A stretch of 64,000 nucleotides of DNA from Promethearchaeota archaeon Loki_b32 (GCA_005223125.1 NJBH01000005.1:64001-128000); one strand, 5' to 3'. Shown: positions 18,978 through 28,718, counted from the first letter of the stretch. Notes: a model not told the origin generated them from the letters alone. A program made the numbers and translations.

Positions 18978-20564
18978 TTAAAGATACTTAATGGTATTTA
19001 GCATAACTTTGAGTTGATCATATATTTCTAATCGATATTCGAGTCCTAATTTGAAAAACAATAGTGATACCATTTTTTGTTCAAGTAGTTCATTTACATC
19101 AAATTCCTCCATTATCGCCGACCAATCGCTTTTATCTGAAACTCTAATACCAATCAATACAACCTTATTCTCATTGATTTCACTGATAATTTTAATAACA
19201 ACATCTTTCCACTTTGGGTCAATATGTTCTTTTTGACGGGCATCAAAAATGCAAAATACTCCATCAGAACCACCAACATCAAAATTATTGTAGAGAAAAC
19301 TTTTTAATTCCACGCCGTTTGAAAATTTATATAATTTTTCTTCTCTATCATCTTTGACTTTTTCACATTCACTTAAATTATTGATCTCTGAAAGAATTTG
19401 CAATCCAGGACTCCAGAATTCATTTTCAGAGATGATTGTCAGAGTTAATAACGAATCAAATTCTTCACCAATTACTTTCCTTTCCTTCAAAATTGAATTG
19501 AGTTCCTCTATTAAATCATTTTTAACAATTTCCTCTTCGTCTGCTTTGCTTTTTGATATATAATGATATGCTATCAAAGTAAAGGCATCCTCAACATTTT
19601 CGCCTGAAAGGGCTGATGTTTCGATGTATGATATCTTAATATTAGGGTTCTGGGATAATTCATTTACCATATTTACTCCATCTTGGTATTCAATTACTCT
19701 TTGATCGCTCAAATCTGTTTTATTTCCAATAACTATAATTGGAATTTCTCTTCCGCCAATGAAATTTTCTAATTCTCCATACCATTCCTTTACGTTTTCA
19801 AATGATTCTCTATTCGTTAGGTCAAAAACTATAAAAGCTGCTTGGCTTCCCAAATAGTACGTTTGACGGAAGCGTTTGAAGTATTTTTGAGCCCCTACAT
19901 CCCACAAACTATAAATGATGCTATTTCCAAAGAATTCAATAGAATGTGCTAAAATATTAAGCCCAATTGTTGCTCTATAGTCATGAGAAAATTTACTTTC
20001 CACAAACCTTCTCACTAATGAAGTCTTACCCACTTCATGATTCCCAATAATTACGAATTTAAATCGATATACTCCACCCTCATCTAATCTCATTTGATAA
20101 ATTTGATTTTTTACTCGATCAAAATGAGCAGTTTCATCCGTTTCATATTCGAAATTAGGGATTGTAAGTTGAATCATATCACCTTCTTCAGCATGTAAGA
20201 TTTGTACAGATTTTTCTGCTAAAAGATAGGCATATGGACTAGCTTTGTCAACAGATGCTAAACTATTTAATACAACACTAAGAGTTCTGCTTTCGTCCAA
20301 AGAAATAAACAGCAGTCTATATATCTCGGTATCGAAACTAGCAGTCCCGAATTTTTTGAACATAAATTCATCACGAATTCTTTTAACAATAGGATTAATT
20401 ATTGAAGTTAATACTGAGACAATTTCCATATCAACTTCACTTCTCTTTTCACCGGCCATAACTAAACCTTGTTTATCGCTTACTATTACTGCTTCTACAT
20501 CAGGATTAATTTCTAGGAATTGGTTGAATAACTCGGTAAAAAGCTTTTGTCTATTTATTGACAT
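18978..20564 (-). CDS. Roadblock-domain / Rab-like GTPase / degenerate GTPase-like domain fusion (paralog 2)
   Basis: VEAVIVSDKQGLVMA, GNHEVGKTS, WDVGAQ, NKTD and ETSAL. Colinear with paralog 1 over its full length. Confidence 0.88.
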   Translation of the reverse strand: MSINRQKLFTELFNQFLEINPDVEAVIVSDKQGLVMAGEKRSEVDMEIVSVLTSIINPIVKRIRDEFMFKKFGTASFDTEIYRLLFISLDESRTLSVVLNSLASVDKASPYAYLLAEKSVQILHAEEGDMIQLTIPNFEYETDETAHFDRVKNQIYQMRLDEGGVYRFKFVIIGNHEVGKTSLVRRFVESKFSHDYRATIGLNILAHSIEFFGNSIIYSLWDVGAQKYFKRFRQTYYLGSQAAFIVFDLTNRESFENVKEWYGELENFIGGREIPIIVIGNKTDLSDQRVIEYQDGVNMVNELSQNPNIKISYIETSALSGENVEDAFTLIAYHYISKSKADEEEIVKNDLIEELNSILKERKVIGEEFDSLLTLTIISENEFWSPGLQILSEINNLSECEKVKDDREEKLYKFSNGVELKSFLYNNFDVGGSDGVFCIFDARQKEHIDPKWKDVVIKIISEINENKVVLIGIRVSDKSDWSAIMEEFDVNELLEQKMVSLLFFKLGLEYRLEIYDQLKVMLNTIKYL

Positions 20565-20749
20565 GAATTTTTCTACCCTTGTTCATTTTAATATTAATTA
20601 GATCTTATCCTTATAATCAAAATATGTCTTTTTAATATTTATTAAATCGTTGTTTTGAAATACATATTTTTATAAGGTTCTAGTTTTTTCTTTTTACTAT
20701 ATTACACGTTGAGTACTTTAATAAACTCAAAAAACCAAGATAGACTATT

Positions 20750-21334
20750 ATGCCCTCTTGTATAGTATGCCATTTAAATATTGATGAGAACACAGATTCT
20801 CTTTTTAAATGTAATAATGACCATCCTGTTCACAAATACTGCCTCGCGGAATGGTTGATGCATTCTCAGAACTGTCCTTTATGCAGTGATCCTTATCCTC
20901 AAAATGTAATTAATCAATTTAAAGATTATATGGAAAAAAAAGAACAAGAGAAACAAGCAGCACTAGATAAAGAACTACAAAAAGAATCAATGAAAAAAAT
21001 GGAAGAGGTCGCTGGAAAGGCAGTATTTCTTAAATTTATTGAATATATTGAACAAATAATAGAAGAAGAAAAGTATAATGAAGCAATTGATAAACTCTTA
21101 GATTCTTACGATGAAAGTTCCGTTGATGACAGAAATCTCAATATTCTTTTTTTGTTAGGGAAAGCAAATTATCTAAAGGGGCGATTTGATTTAACAATTA
21201 GCTTTTTATTTAAATTAGTTAAAATTAAATTTGATTATCCTGAAGGATTCTTATATTTAGGTAAAGCGTATGAAAAATTAGGTCTTAAAGATAAAGCCCA
21301 ATGGGCTTATGATCGAATCAAAGAAGGAAAATAG
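20750..21334 (+). CDS. RING-H2 finger + coiled coil + TPR protein (E3 ligase-like)
   Basis: CIVC...CNNDHPVHKYCLAEW...CPLC. C-terminal TPR helices LFLLGKANYLKG and FLYLGKAYEKLG. Confidence 0.85.
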   Translation: MPSCIVCHLNIDENTDSLFKCNNDHPVHKYCLAEWLMHSQNCPLCSDPYPQNVINQFKDYMEKKEQEKQAALDKELQKESMKKMEEVAGKAVFLKFIEYIEQIIEEEKYNEAIDKLLDSYDESSVDDRNLNILFLLGKANYLKGRFDLTISFLFKLVKIKFDYPEGFLYLGKAYEKLGLKDKAQWAYDRIKEGK

Positions 21335-21362
21335 ATTTATTTTTATCTTACCTATAAATATT

Positions 21363-22769
21363 ATGAAACCCATTTGTTTAACAATAGCAGGATCAGATCC
21401 TACTTCTGGAGCTGGAATTCAAGCAGATATTAGAACTTTTGATAGATGTGGTGTTCATCCTTTTTCTGTGATCACAGCGATTACTTATCAAACCGTTACT
21501 GAATTTCTTGGATATAAATCTCTTTCAGATGAATTGAATCAACAATTAGATGCTATACTAAAAACATATCCTGTAAAATATGTTAAGATTGGAATGATAC
21601 CAGATGTTAAAGCATTAGATATAATTATAGAAAAGATAAAGAAATATGATTTGAAGGCTGTTCTTGATCCGATATTTATGGCGAGTGTAGGAGAAAGACT
21701 TTCTAGTGAAGGATTAGAACTAGAGATAGAGAGAACTCTATTTCCTTATGTGAAAATAATTACACCAAATATATCAGAAGCGAACTTTTATTCAAACAGG
21801 GTTATACCTAAAATAACTAACAAAAAATTTGATGAGGTTGAAGAAGTTGCTGAAATTTTACTTAATAAATTATATATTAATGAAAATTCGAAAAATATGG
21901 AAAAAGCAGTAATAATCAAAAGCGTGGAAACTGATCTTGATGAAATTTATGATATTGCTTTGATAAACAAAAAAGTTCATGATAAAATGGAATCTGAACT
22001 TCTGTCATTTAAGAAGAAGAAAGTTCTATTTGAAGGAAATATTCATGGAACGGGGTGTGTATTTTCTTCCGCCATTACTGCTTTTTTAGCCAATGGATTT
22101 TCTATAAAAGAAACTATTGTTAAAGCAGAAGAATTTTTTGATAAGAAATTCCAATCCTTTATTGAATTACCAGATAGAGGTAAAATAATCGATTTAACAA
22201 TATCTGATGAAGAATTAAAAGTAATAGAACAGATAAAAAAAATTTATAATTTTATTTCTCAATCAAAAGAATTTAGTAAATTAATTCCTGAAGTTAGAAT
22301 GAATATATCTGGTTCACTTCCAAATGCCACAAAAATAAAGGAGATCGCCAGTATTGAAGGGAGAATTACAATTATTAATGGATACCCAAAAGCTTCTGGG
22401 GAAATTAAATTTGGGGTTTCTGATCATACTGCGAGATTAATTCTTTCAGCTAAGAAGTTTGATAATTCTATCAATTTCGTAATGAATTTAAAGTATAATC
22501 CAAACTGGATTATTTTAATTAAAGAAAACACGGGTTTAGAATTAAAAGAGATTATTAGAGAAGATCAGCCAGAATTTATTAAAGAAAAAGAGTTTTCCAC
22601 TATGCAGTGGTTAATAAAAGAAAGTGTAGAAAAAATTGGAAAAATACCCGATATTATTTGGGATATTGGATCTCAAGGGAAAGAGCCAATGATGAGATTG
22701 TTCGGGAAAAATTCTAAGGAAATGATTGAAAAGCTCGAGAAAATTAGGAGAGCAATTAATAATGAGTAA
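21363..22769 (+). CDS. thiD: Bifunctional HMP/HMP-P kinase and thiamine-phosphate synthase ThiDN
   Basis: LTIAGSDPTSGAGIQADI, VKIGM, ITPN and HGTGC. C-terminal ThiN domain LIPEVRMNI...FGVSDHTAR...GKEPM. ATG at 21363. Confidence 0.92.
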   Translation: MKPICLTIAGSDPTSGAGIQADIRTFDRCGVHPFSVITAITYQTVTEFLGYKSLSDELNQQLDAILKTYPVKYVKIGMIPDVKALDIIIEKIKKYDLKAVLDPIFMASVGERLSSEGLELEIERTLFPYVKIITPNISEANFYSNRVIPKITNKKFDEVEEVAEILLNKLYINENSKNMEKAVIIKSVETDLDEIYDIALINKKVHDKMESELLSFKKKKVLFEGNIHGTGCVFSSAITAFLANGFSIKETIVKAEEFFDKKFQSFIELPDRGKIIDLTISDEELKVIEQIKKIYNFISQSKEFSKLIPEVRMNISGSLPNATKIKEIASIEGRITIINGYPKASGEIKFGVSDHTARLILSAKKFDNSINFVMNLKYNPNWIILIKENTGLELKEIIREDQPEFIKEKEFSTMQWLIKESVEKIGKIPDIIWDIGSQGKEPMMRLFGKNSKEMIEKLEKIRRAINNE

Positions 22770-22770
22770 A

Positions 22771-24090
22771 TCATTGTTTTTTAGATTTTTTCTTACTTTC
22801 TAAAGCATCTTTTAATAGTTTAATGGCACAGAATTCTCCACACATACTACAAACATCATTATCAATAGAATTACCATTTCTATAATGAATCTCCCTTGCT
22901 AAATCAGGATCAATGGAATGTTTTATCATTCCCTCCCAATCTAAATTTTTCCGAGCGATATCCATCTTATAATCCCAATCTGACGCTCTTCTTCCATATT
23001 TAGCAATATTGACGGAATGAGCTGCAATCTTAGATGCTATAACTCCTCTTTTAACTTCTTCTTTAGTTGGTAATCCTAAATGCTCTGAGGGAGTTACATA
23101 GCATAAATAATCTGCTCCAGCTAATCCAGCAATGGTTCCTCCAATTGCACTTACTAAATCATCATATCCAGGAGCAATATCAGTAACTAAGGGCCCTAAA
23201 ACATAAAAAGGAGCTTCATCGCATAAAGATTTTTGCAGCTTAACATTTCGCTCAATTTCATTGGCAGGAATATGACCAGGACCTTCAACCATTACTTGGA
23301 CGTCTACTTTCCATGCTCTTTTTACTAACTTTGAAATTTCAAGTAATTCTTGTACTTGGGCATAATCTGTTGAGTCGAATATGCATCCAGGTCTAAATCC
23401 ATCTCCTAAAGATAATGTAAAGTCGTATTCTTGAGCCATTTCAAGTAAATAATCATATCTACGATTGTAGGGATTTTCCATCTCATTTTCTAATATCCAA
23501 GAAGCTAAAAAAGTTCCCCCTCTTGAGACGACTCCCATTGTACGTGGATGTTGAACCAAATAATCAACTATTTCTTTTGTCACTCCAACATGGATGGTAA
23601 AGAAATCAACACCTTCTTTTGCTTGTTCCTCTATTACATTGAACATATCATCTTCATCCATGTGGATAATAGCACCTTTAGTTTCAATAGCTCTTAAAGC
23701 AGATTGATAAATTGGAACTGTCCCAACTGGAACTTTAAGCTCTCGTAATATTTGCTTTCTAATTGTTTGAACATTAGGCTCAGTTATACCTGTACTTAAA
23801 TCCATAACTGTGTCTGCGCCAAATTTAACCGCTATCTTTGCCTTTTCTAATTCTTCTTCAATATTACATATAGTTTTTGAAGAGCCAACATTTGCGTTTA
23901 TTTTTACTAATAAACCTTTTCCAATTCCAATTGGAGGATCTAGCTCTCTTCTATTTGATTTAGGGATAATTATTCTGCCTTTTTCAATCCCTCTTCTTAT
24001 GAATTCAACATCTATTTGTTCGTTTTTGGCAACAATTTCCATTTCTCTGGTGAGATTTCCATTTCTAGCAGTTTTCATCAATGTAGACAA
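22771..24090 (-). CDS. thiC: Phosphomethylpyrimidine synthase ThiC
   Basis: KINANVG, GADTVMDLS, GTVPIYQ, SRGG, EGPGH, YVTPSEHL and CSMCGEFC. Confidence 0.97.
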   Translation of the reverse strand: MSTLMKTARNGNLTREMEIVAKNEQIDVEFIRRGIEKGRIIIPKSNRRELDPPIGIGKGLLVKINANVGSSKTICNIEEELEKAKIAVKFGADTVMDLSTGITEPNVQTIRKQILRELKVPVGTVPIYQSALRAIETKGAIIHMDEDDMFNVIEEQAKEGVDFFTIHVGVTKEIVDYLVQHPRTMGVVSRGGTFLASWILENEMENPYNRRYDYLLEMAQEYDFTLSLGDGFRPGCIFDSTDYAQVQELLEISKLVKRAWKVDVQVMVEGPGHIPANEIERNVKLQKSLCDEAPFYVLGPLVTDIAPGYDDLVSAIGGTIAGLAGADYLCYVTPSEHLGLPTKEEVKRGVIASKIAAHSVNIAKYGRRASDWDYKMDIARKNLDWEGMIKHSIDPDLAREIHYRNGNSIDNDVCSMCGEFCAIKLLKDALESKKKSKKQ

Positions 24091-24355
24091 ATTTTAAAAC
24101 CTTCACATAATTTCTTTTTCATATTTCATGAAATCATACTCTATTACAAAATAATAATGATAAAATTATATTCTTTTGTCTTATGATTTAGAAAAATAAT
24201 ACTACATTATTTTTTTTTTACTAAATCAAACTAATATGGATACTTTTCTAATTTTATGATTTTATAGAAATCTATATCCAGGATATAGTCTGATTATGTT
24301 TCTCCCTCTATTTGCTATTATCACATTAATAGTTCTTCGAACGAAATGTAAATCA

Positions 24356-24823
24356 TCAAAAACCAATTTTTAATTGTTTTAGTAATTCAATTAAAGATTC
24401 AGTTAATTTATATTTTTTAAGTTGGTCAAAGGGGACAAATTTAGCATCCTGAGCGTCATCAGCTGCCTTGGGAGGTTGATTAGGATATCCTTCTATTTGC
24501 TCTACAAAATAATTGATGAGAACATAGTGATATTCTATTCTTCCTGTATTATCGTACATGATTTTATCTATAATAACTGCTAATCTTGAAACCTTAACTT
24601 TAAAACCTGTCTCTTCATAAGCCTCTCTCACTGCGGCTTTTTCTACTCTTTCTCCAAGATCTAGATGTCCTCCAGGAATACTCCAGTAACCCGCATCAGG
24701 ATTGTATTTCCTTTTTATTAATAATAGATGGTTACCTCGGATTAACAGAACACCTACCCCTATATGTGGTCTCACAGGGTATTTTCGTGTATCAAAAGCA
24801 CTAAGTTCATATCTATCAACCAT
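24356..24823 (-). CDS. NUDIX hydrolase
   Basis: Nudix box GGHLDLGERVEKAAVREAYEETG. Confidence 0.92.
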   Translation of the reverse strand: MVDRYELSAFDTRKYPVRPHIGVGVLLIRGNHLLLIKRKYNPDAGYWSIPGGHLDLGERVEKAAVREAYEETGFKVKVSRLAVIIDKIMYDNTGRIEYHYVLINYFVEQIEGYPNQPPKAADDAQDAKFVPFDQLKKYKLTESLIELLKQLKIGF

Positions 24824-24954
24824 AATTCCAAACTATAATATATTTGTTAAATACTAGTACAATTAGAAAATATTAAATTTAAGTTCTATTATCAAATTTA
24901 TGTAATATAATTTTTATAGCATCATTGAACTATTCAAAAATGAAAGTGATTTAA

Positions 24955-25224
24955 ATGATCCAAGAAAATGAGTTAATAACATTCATGATTTGTATTGGTG
25001 TACTTATTTTTTTTATTTTGAATTATCAAAAATTAAAAAAACTTTCAGGATATAATTTATTTTTAACATCATTTATTTTATACACATGTGCCTGGTGTTT
25101 TACTGTAATTGAAGGTATTATTTTTGAAGAAGTTTTTAATCTCATTGAACACATATGTTATATAAGTAGTTCGGGAATTATGGTTGCTTGGATTTTAATT
25201 GCTTTTTGGAAGAGAAAAGAATGA
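24955..25224 (+). CDS. Small 3-TM membrane protein translationally coupled to the downstream kinase
   Basis: 89 aa with three hydrophobic helices. Its stop overlaps the next ATG (ATGA). Confidence 0.75.
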   Translation: MIQENELITFMICIGVLIFFILNYQKLKKLSGYNLFLTSFILYTCAWCFTVIEGIIFEEVFNLIEHICYISSSGIMVAWILIAFWKRKE

Positions 25225-26612
25225 ATCTGATAGGAATTCTTGATTTATTTACCCTTTTGTTTACTATTTTAGTGTTTTCGATTATTTTAATAAGATGGAA
25301 ACATCAATTTTCTTTACATTCCAAAGTATTTTTAATTTTTTCATTAAGTGCAATTTTATTTTATTATTTGAGTAATTTTTTAGAATGGTCAGGTATAAGT
25401 GATATTCTTATTGATATTGAAGATTATATAGCAATTTTAGTTCCATTATTATGGTTTTTCTTTTTATATTCGTTCTTCCAAATGTTATCAGGACAAGAAT
25501 TAAAAGCTTCGGAGAAAAAATTTAGGGTTATAGCTGTACAATCTTCAATGGGCATAATTATTATACAAAATAGAAAATTTAAATACCTGAATCCAGCTAT
25601 ATCAAAAATTATTGGTTATTCTATTGAAGAATTGTTAAATTGGAACGAAATGGACATCGCTAGTGTCATTCCCAAAGAAGATTTAATATTTATGATGGAG
25701 TTGTTTAAAAAAGGGAAGGAAGGAGAAATAAATTTTACTCCTAACTCATCATTTAGAACTATTAATAAGAAAGGGGAAGTAAAATGGTTAGAAAACCTTG
25801 TGAGTATTATCTCGTACGAGAATAAACCTGCAAATTTAGTTTGCGTAATTGATATTACAGATAAGAAAAGAGCTGAAGAACTTATTGTTGAAGAAAATAA
25901 GAGGTTATTGGAACTCAGCAAAATGAGAGAGGATATCATTACACGAGTTTCACATGAACTTAAGACACCTATTACAGCTATGTATGGAGCTACTCAAATG
26001 TTACTGAACCAATTTAGAGAGGAAATGAATACAGAAATTTTGGAATTCACAGAGATTTCTCATAGAGGAGCTCTCCGTTTAAAAAAATTAGTAGACAATT
26101 TAGTGGATGCTACAAAGTTACAAACTGGTAAACTTGAACTAAACTTACAAAATGAAGATATTGTTAATTCAATAAAAGAATGTATAGAAGAGATGAGTTA
26201 TCTAGTCAATAATCGTAATCTAACTTTAACATTCGAACCTTCAAATGATATATTTCTTTTAATAGATAAATATAGAATACAACAAGTAATCACTAATATT
26301 CTTTCCAATGCAATTAAAAATACCCCAAAAGGAGGGAAAATTAATATTGTTGTATTTGATAAGAACAAGCATATTGATATCCTGATAAAAGACACAGGAG
26401 TTGGGTTGACAGTTAAAGAACAAGAATTGTTATTTGAGAAATTTGGAAAAATTGAAAGATATGGCATGGATTTAGGCGTAGATATTGAAGGATCTGGTCT
26501 GGGTTTATATATATCTAAAGAGATTGTCGATTTGCATGGTGGACAAATTCTTGTTGAGTCTGAAGGAAGACATAAAGGAGCTACTTTTACAATCAGGTTA
26601 CAAAAAAATTAG
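25221..26612 (+). CDS. Membrane-anchored PAS sensor histidine kinase
   Basis: N-terminal 3 TM, PAS, H-box SHELKTP, NILSNAIK, DTGVG and GSGLGL. ATG at 25221. Confidence 0.92.
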   Translation: MNLIGILDLFTLLFTILVFSIILIRWKHQFSLHSKVFLIFSLSAILFYYLSNFLEWSGISDILIDIEDYIAILVPLLWFFFLYSFFQMLSGQELKASEKKFRVIAVQSSMGIIIIQNRKFKYLNPAISKIIGYSIEELLNWNEMDIASVIPKEDLIFMMELFKKGKEGEINFTPNSSFRTINKKGEVKWLENLVSIISYENKPANLVCVIDITDKKRAEELIVEENKRLLELSKMREDIITRVSHELKTPITAMYGATQMLLNQFREEMNTEILEFTEISHRGALRLKKLVDNLVDATKLQTGKLELNLQNEDIVNSIKECIEEMSYLVNNRNLTLTFEPSNDIFLLIDKYRIQQVITNILSNAIKNTPKGGKINIVVFDKNKHIDILIKDTGVGLTVKEQELLFEKFGKIERYGMDLGVDIEGSGLGLYISKEIVDLHGGQILVESEGRHKGATFTIRLQKN

Positions 26613-26695
26613 TAATAAGTCAAATAATTAATTGGATATATTAATTTTTATAATTAGGAAGAAAAAATAATCAAATTAGAATTACTTTAATTATT

Positions 26696-26827
26696 ATGAA
26701 ATTAACTGTTATTTATTTTTCAGCAACAGGGAATACTGAAAAAATTGCTAAAGTTGCTAAGGAGCAATTTATTGAATTAAACAATGTTGGTGATGATATA
26801 AATATTACAAATAAGATCTTATTATAA
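26696..26827 (+). pseudogene. Truncated flavodoxin-fold gene (N-terminal 43 aa only)
   Basis: MKLTVIYFSATGNTEKIAK is the flavodoxin FMN phosphate-binding loop. The frame stops after 43 codons. Confidence 0.75.
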
Positions 26828-26960
26828 ATTATATAATTATTTGTTGATCCTATGGTTCGCCCATCGTATTGGCCTAAAGAATAACCCAAAAGATATTTTC
26901 TCAGTTCCATTCACTATTACATAAACATAATTAGATAAAGTTCAAGTCACTGCTTCTATA

Positions 26961-28115
26961 TTAATCTATCATATGAAGGATATCTCTTAATATATGGTTA
27001 ATAGTTTGCTTTTTAGATTTGATAAGTTTTTGCATTCTTAGGAACTCAACAAGATCTGTTCTATTTAGCCACCACCTCAGGCTTAATAGATGACAAAAAA
27101 GTCCAAATTTCTTTCGACGTTCAGAAAATAACTGCTTTGATTCAAATTTTGCATCTCTGATTAATTCAAATTTTTGAATACTAAATTTTATATTTGGATT
27201 CGAAATAGATTGTGGATTCGATGACCATTCAAGGCATCCCCAAACTTCGCCAGTTCGGGAAAGTACGCTACAGGGATAAAACATTTTTTCTTTAGTAATT
27301 AAAACAGGACTCTTCCAAATCTTTTTTTCCATTGAAAGACCTTTATTAGTGTGCTGGAATTGAGTTTGAGATCGGATTTTACAAAGTGTACTATATATAA
27401 TATCTTCTTTATTTAAAGAATCCGGTAATAATCCTTCAATTGGATAATAAATCTGATTTTCATTCAAAAAATTATATTCAAGAATTTTATCGATCTTTTG
27501 TATAATTTCAGACATGTCTATTCCTAGATATTTCTTATTTTCGACAACAATTTTTCTTGCCTCGTCAAATTCCTTTCTTTTTTCGAATGACTGTTTAGAA
27601 TATAATAAAATAGCTAGATCTAAATTTTTTTTTTTTTTTAAGGCATACTGATAATCCCTATAATACTTAAATGTATTACGAAATTCTATATAACAAGGAT
27701 TTCCCCCCAATTCTAATTTATTTAAATTTTCAAAATTTTCAAAATTCCCAATTTCTTCTATAAGGTTACTTCTGAGATCCAATACTTCAAGCTGTGTGAG
27801 TTTTTCAAGTCCTTCAATTTTTTTTATATTATTTTTTTGCATCTGTAAAGTCTTAAGATTAGTACATCTTTCTAACCCTTTAATTTGTGTAATTTTATTT
27901 TGGGTTAAGTTAAGTTCCTGTAAATTCAGCAAATTTTCTAGACCTTTTATCTCAGATATTTGATTATTGTAAAGGTTTAATGATTGGAGATCAGTTAAGT
28001 TGTCGAGATTCTTGATTTCATCAATTTCTTTTATTTGTTTTGATTGCAATTTAAGCTTTAAAGAACCTTTTTTCCCTTTAACTTTATAATTTTTCCCCCT
28101 TATGTCTACAAACAT
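26961..28115 (-). CDS. Leucine-rich repeat protein (SDS22-like LRRs) with unknown C-terminal domain
   Basis: 22-aa repeats LxxLxLxxNxIxxIxGLE and cap LELGGNP. In-frame A15 run at 27625-27639. Confidence 0.88.
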   Translation of the reverse strand: MFVDIRGKNYKVKGKKGSLKLKLQSKQIKEIDEIKNLDNLTDLQSLNLYNNQISEIKGLENLLNLQELNLTQNKITQIKGLERCTNLKTLQMQKNNIKKIEGLEKLTQLEVLDLRSNLIEEIGNFENFENLNKLELGGNPCYIEFRNTFKYYRDYQYALKKKKNLDLAILLYSKQSFEKRKEFDEARKIVVENKKYLGIDMSEIIQKIDKILEYNFLNENQIYYPIEGLLPDSLNKEDIIYSTLCKIRSQTQFQHTNKGLSMEKKIWKSPVLITKEKMFYPCSVLSRTGEVWGCLEWSSNPQSISNPNIKFSIQKFELIRDAKFESKQLFSERRKKFGLFCHLLSLRWWLNRTDLVEFLRMQKLIKSKKQTINHILRDILHMID

Positions 28116-28184
28116 AATTTATCAACTCTCAAATTTTATTTTTTTTGTAATACTTTATATTTTTTGAACTGATACTATGAAATA

Positions 28185-28478
28185 CTAAATTTTCTTACCA
28201 CAAGTGGGACATTCGGTGATATCTATATTTATAGTTGTCATACATGCTGGACAAACTCTTTTCTCTAACATTGTCTCGTTAACTTTTATTTGAGACTTAT
28301 TTTTTTTCATTCCTCGAACAATAAGAATTATGATTCCAATAATTATCATTAAAAAACCTATTAATGCAGGTGTTAGGCTCTGAAGACTAAAACTATATCC
28401 AAAAATCCCTCCTACTGCTAAAAACAATATTCCTGTACAAATTAGATAATATGGATTGGAATATTTATTGTATGATAT
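28185..28478 (-). CDS. Small 2-TM protein with C-terminal zinc ribbon
   Basis: Two hydrophobic helices then CPAC...CPTC. The track start (TTG 28427) falls inside TM1; the frame extends to ATA 28478, 7 nt after SD AGGTG. Confidence 0.7.
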   Translation of the reverse strand: MSYNKYSNPYYLICTGILFLAVGGIFGYSFSLQSLTPALIGFLMIIIGIIILIVRGMKKNKSQIKVNETMLEKRVCPACMTTINIDITECPTCGKKI

Positions 28479-28698
28479 AATGCAACACCTTGTATCTAAA
28501 TTTTAAATGTTTATCTTTTTTATGGCTAATTTTGACTCAAATATAAATTTTATCCTAATTATGATTTTTTCTTTAATTTGCTATACCCTTCTCATCTCAA
28601 ACAAACTATATTTCACCGCTCCAGACACGCCTCACTAACCCTCATGCCCTAAGCCTGAACTTCCCGTAATCAAGGCAATCGCGAAAAATATGTTCAAA

Positions 28699-28718
28699 TC
28701 CTTAATAGGAATTAAGGA
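28699..28718. repeat. Perfect 8-bp inverted repeat TCCTTAAT-agga-ATTAAGGA
   Basis: Read directly from the sequence. Confidence 0.7.

Noticed and set aside
24091-24355. TPP riboswitch upstream of thiC
   Set aside because: The conserved GCTGAGA and CCTGA core elements are absent, and the region is almost all A/T.
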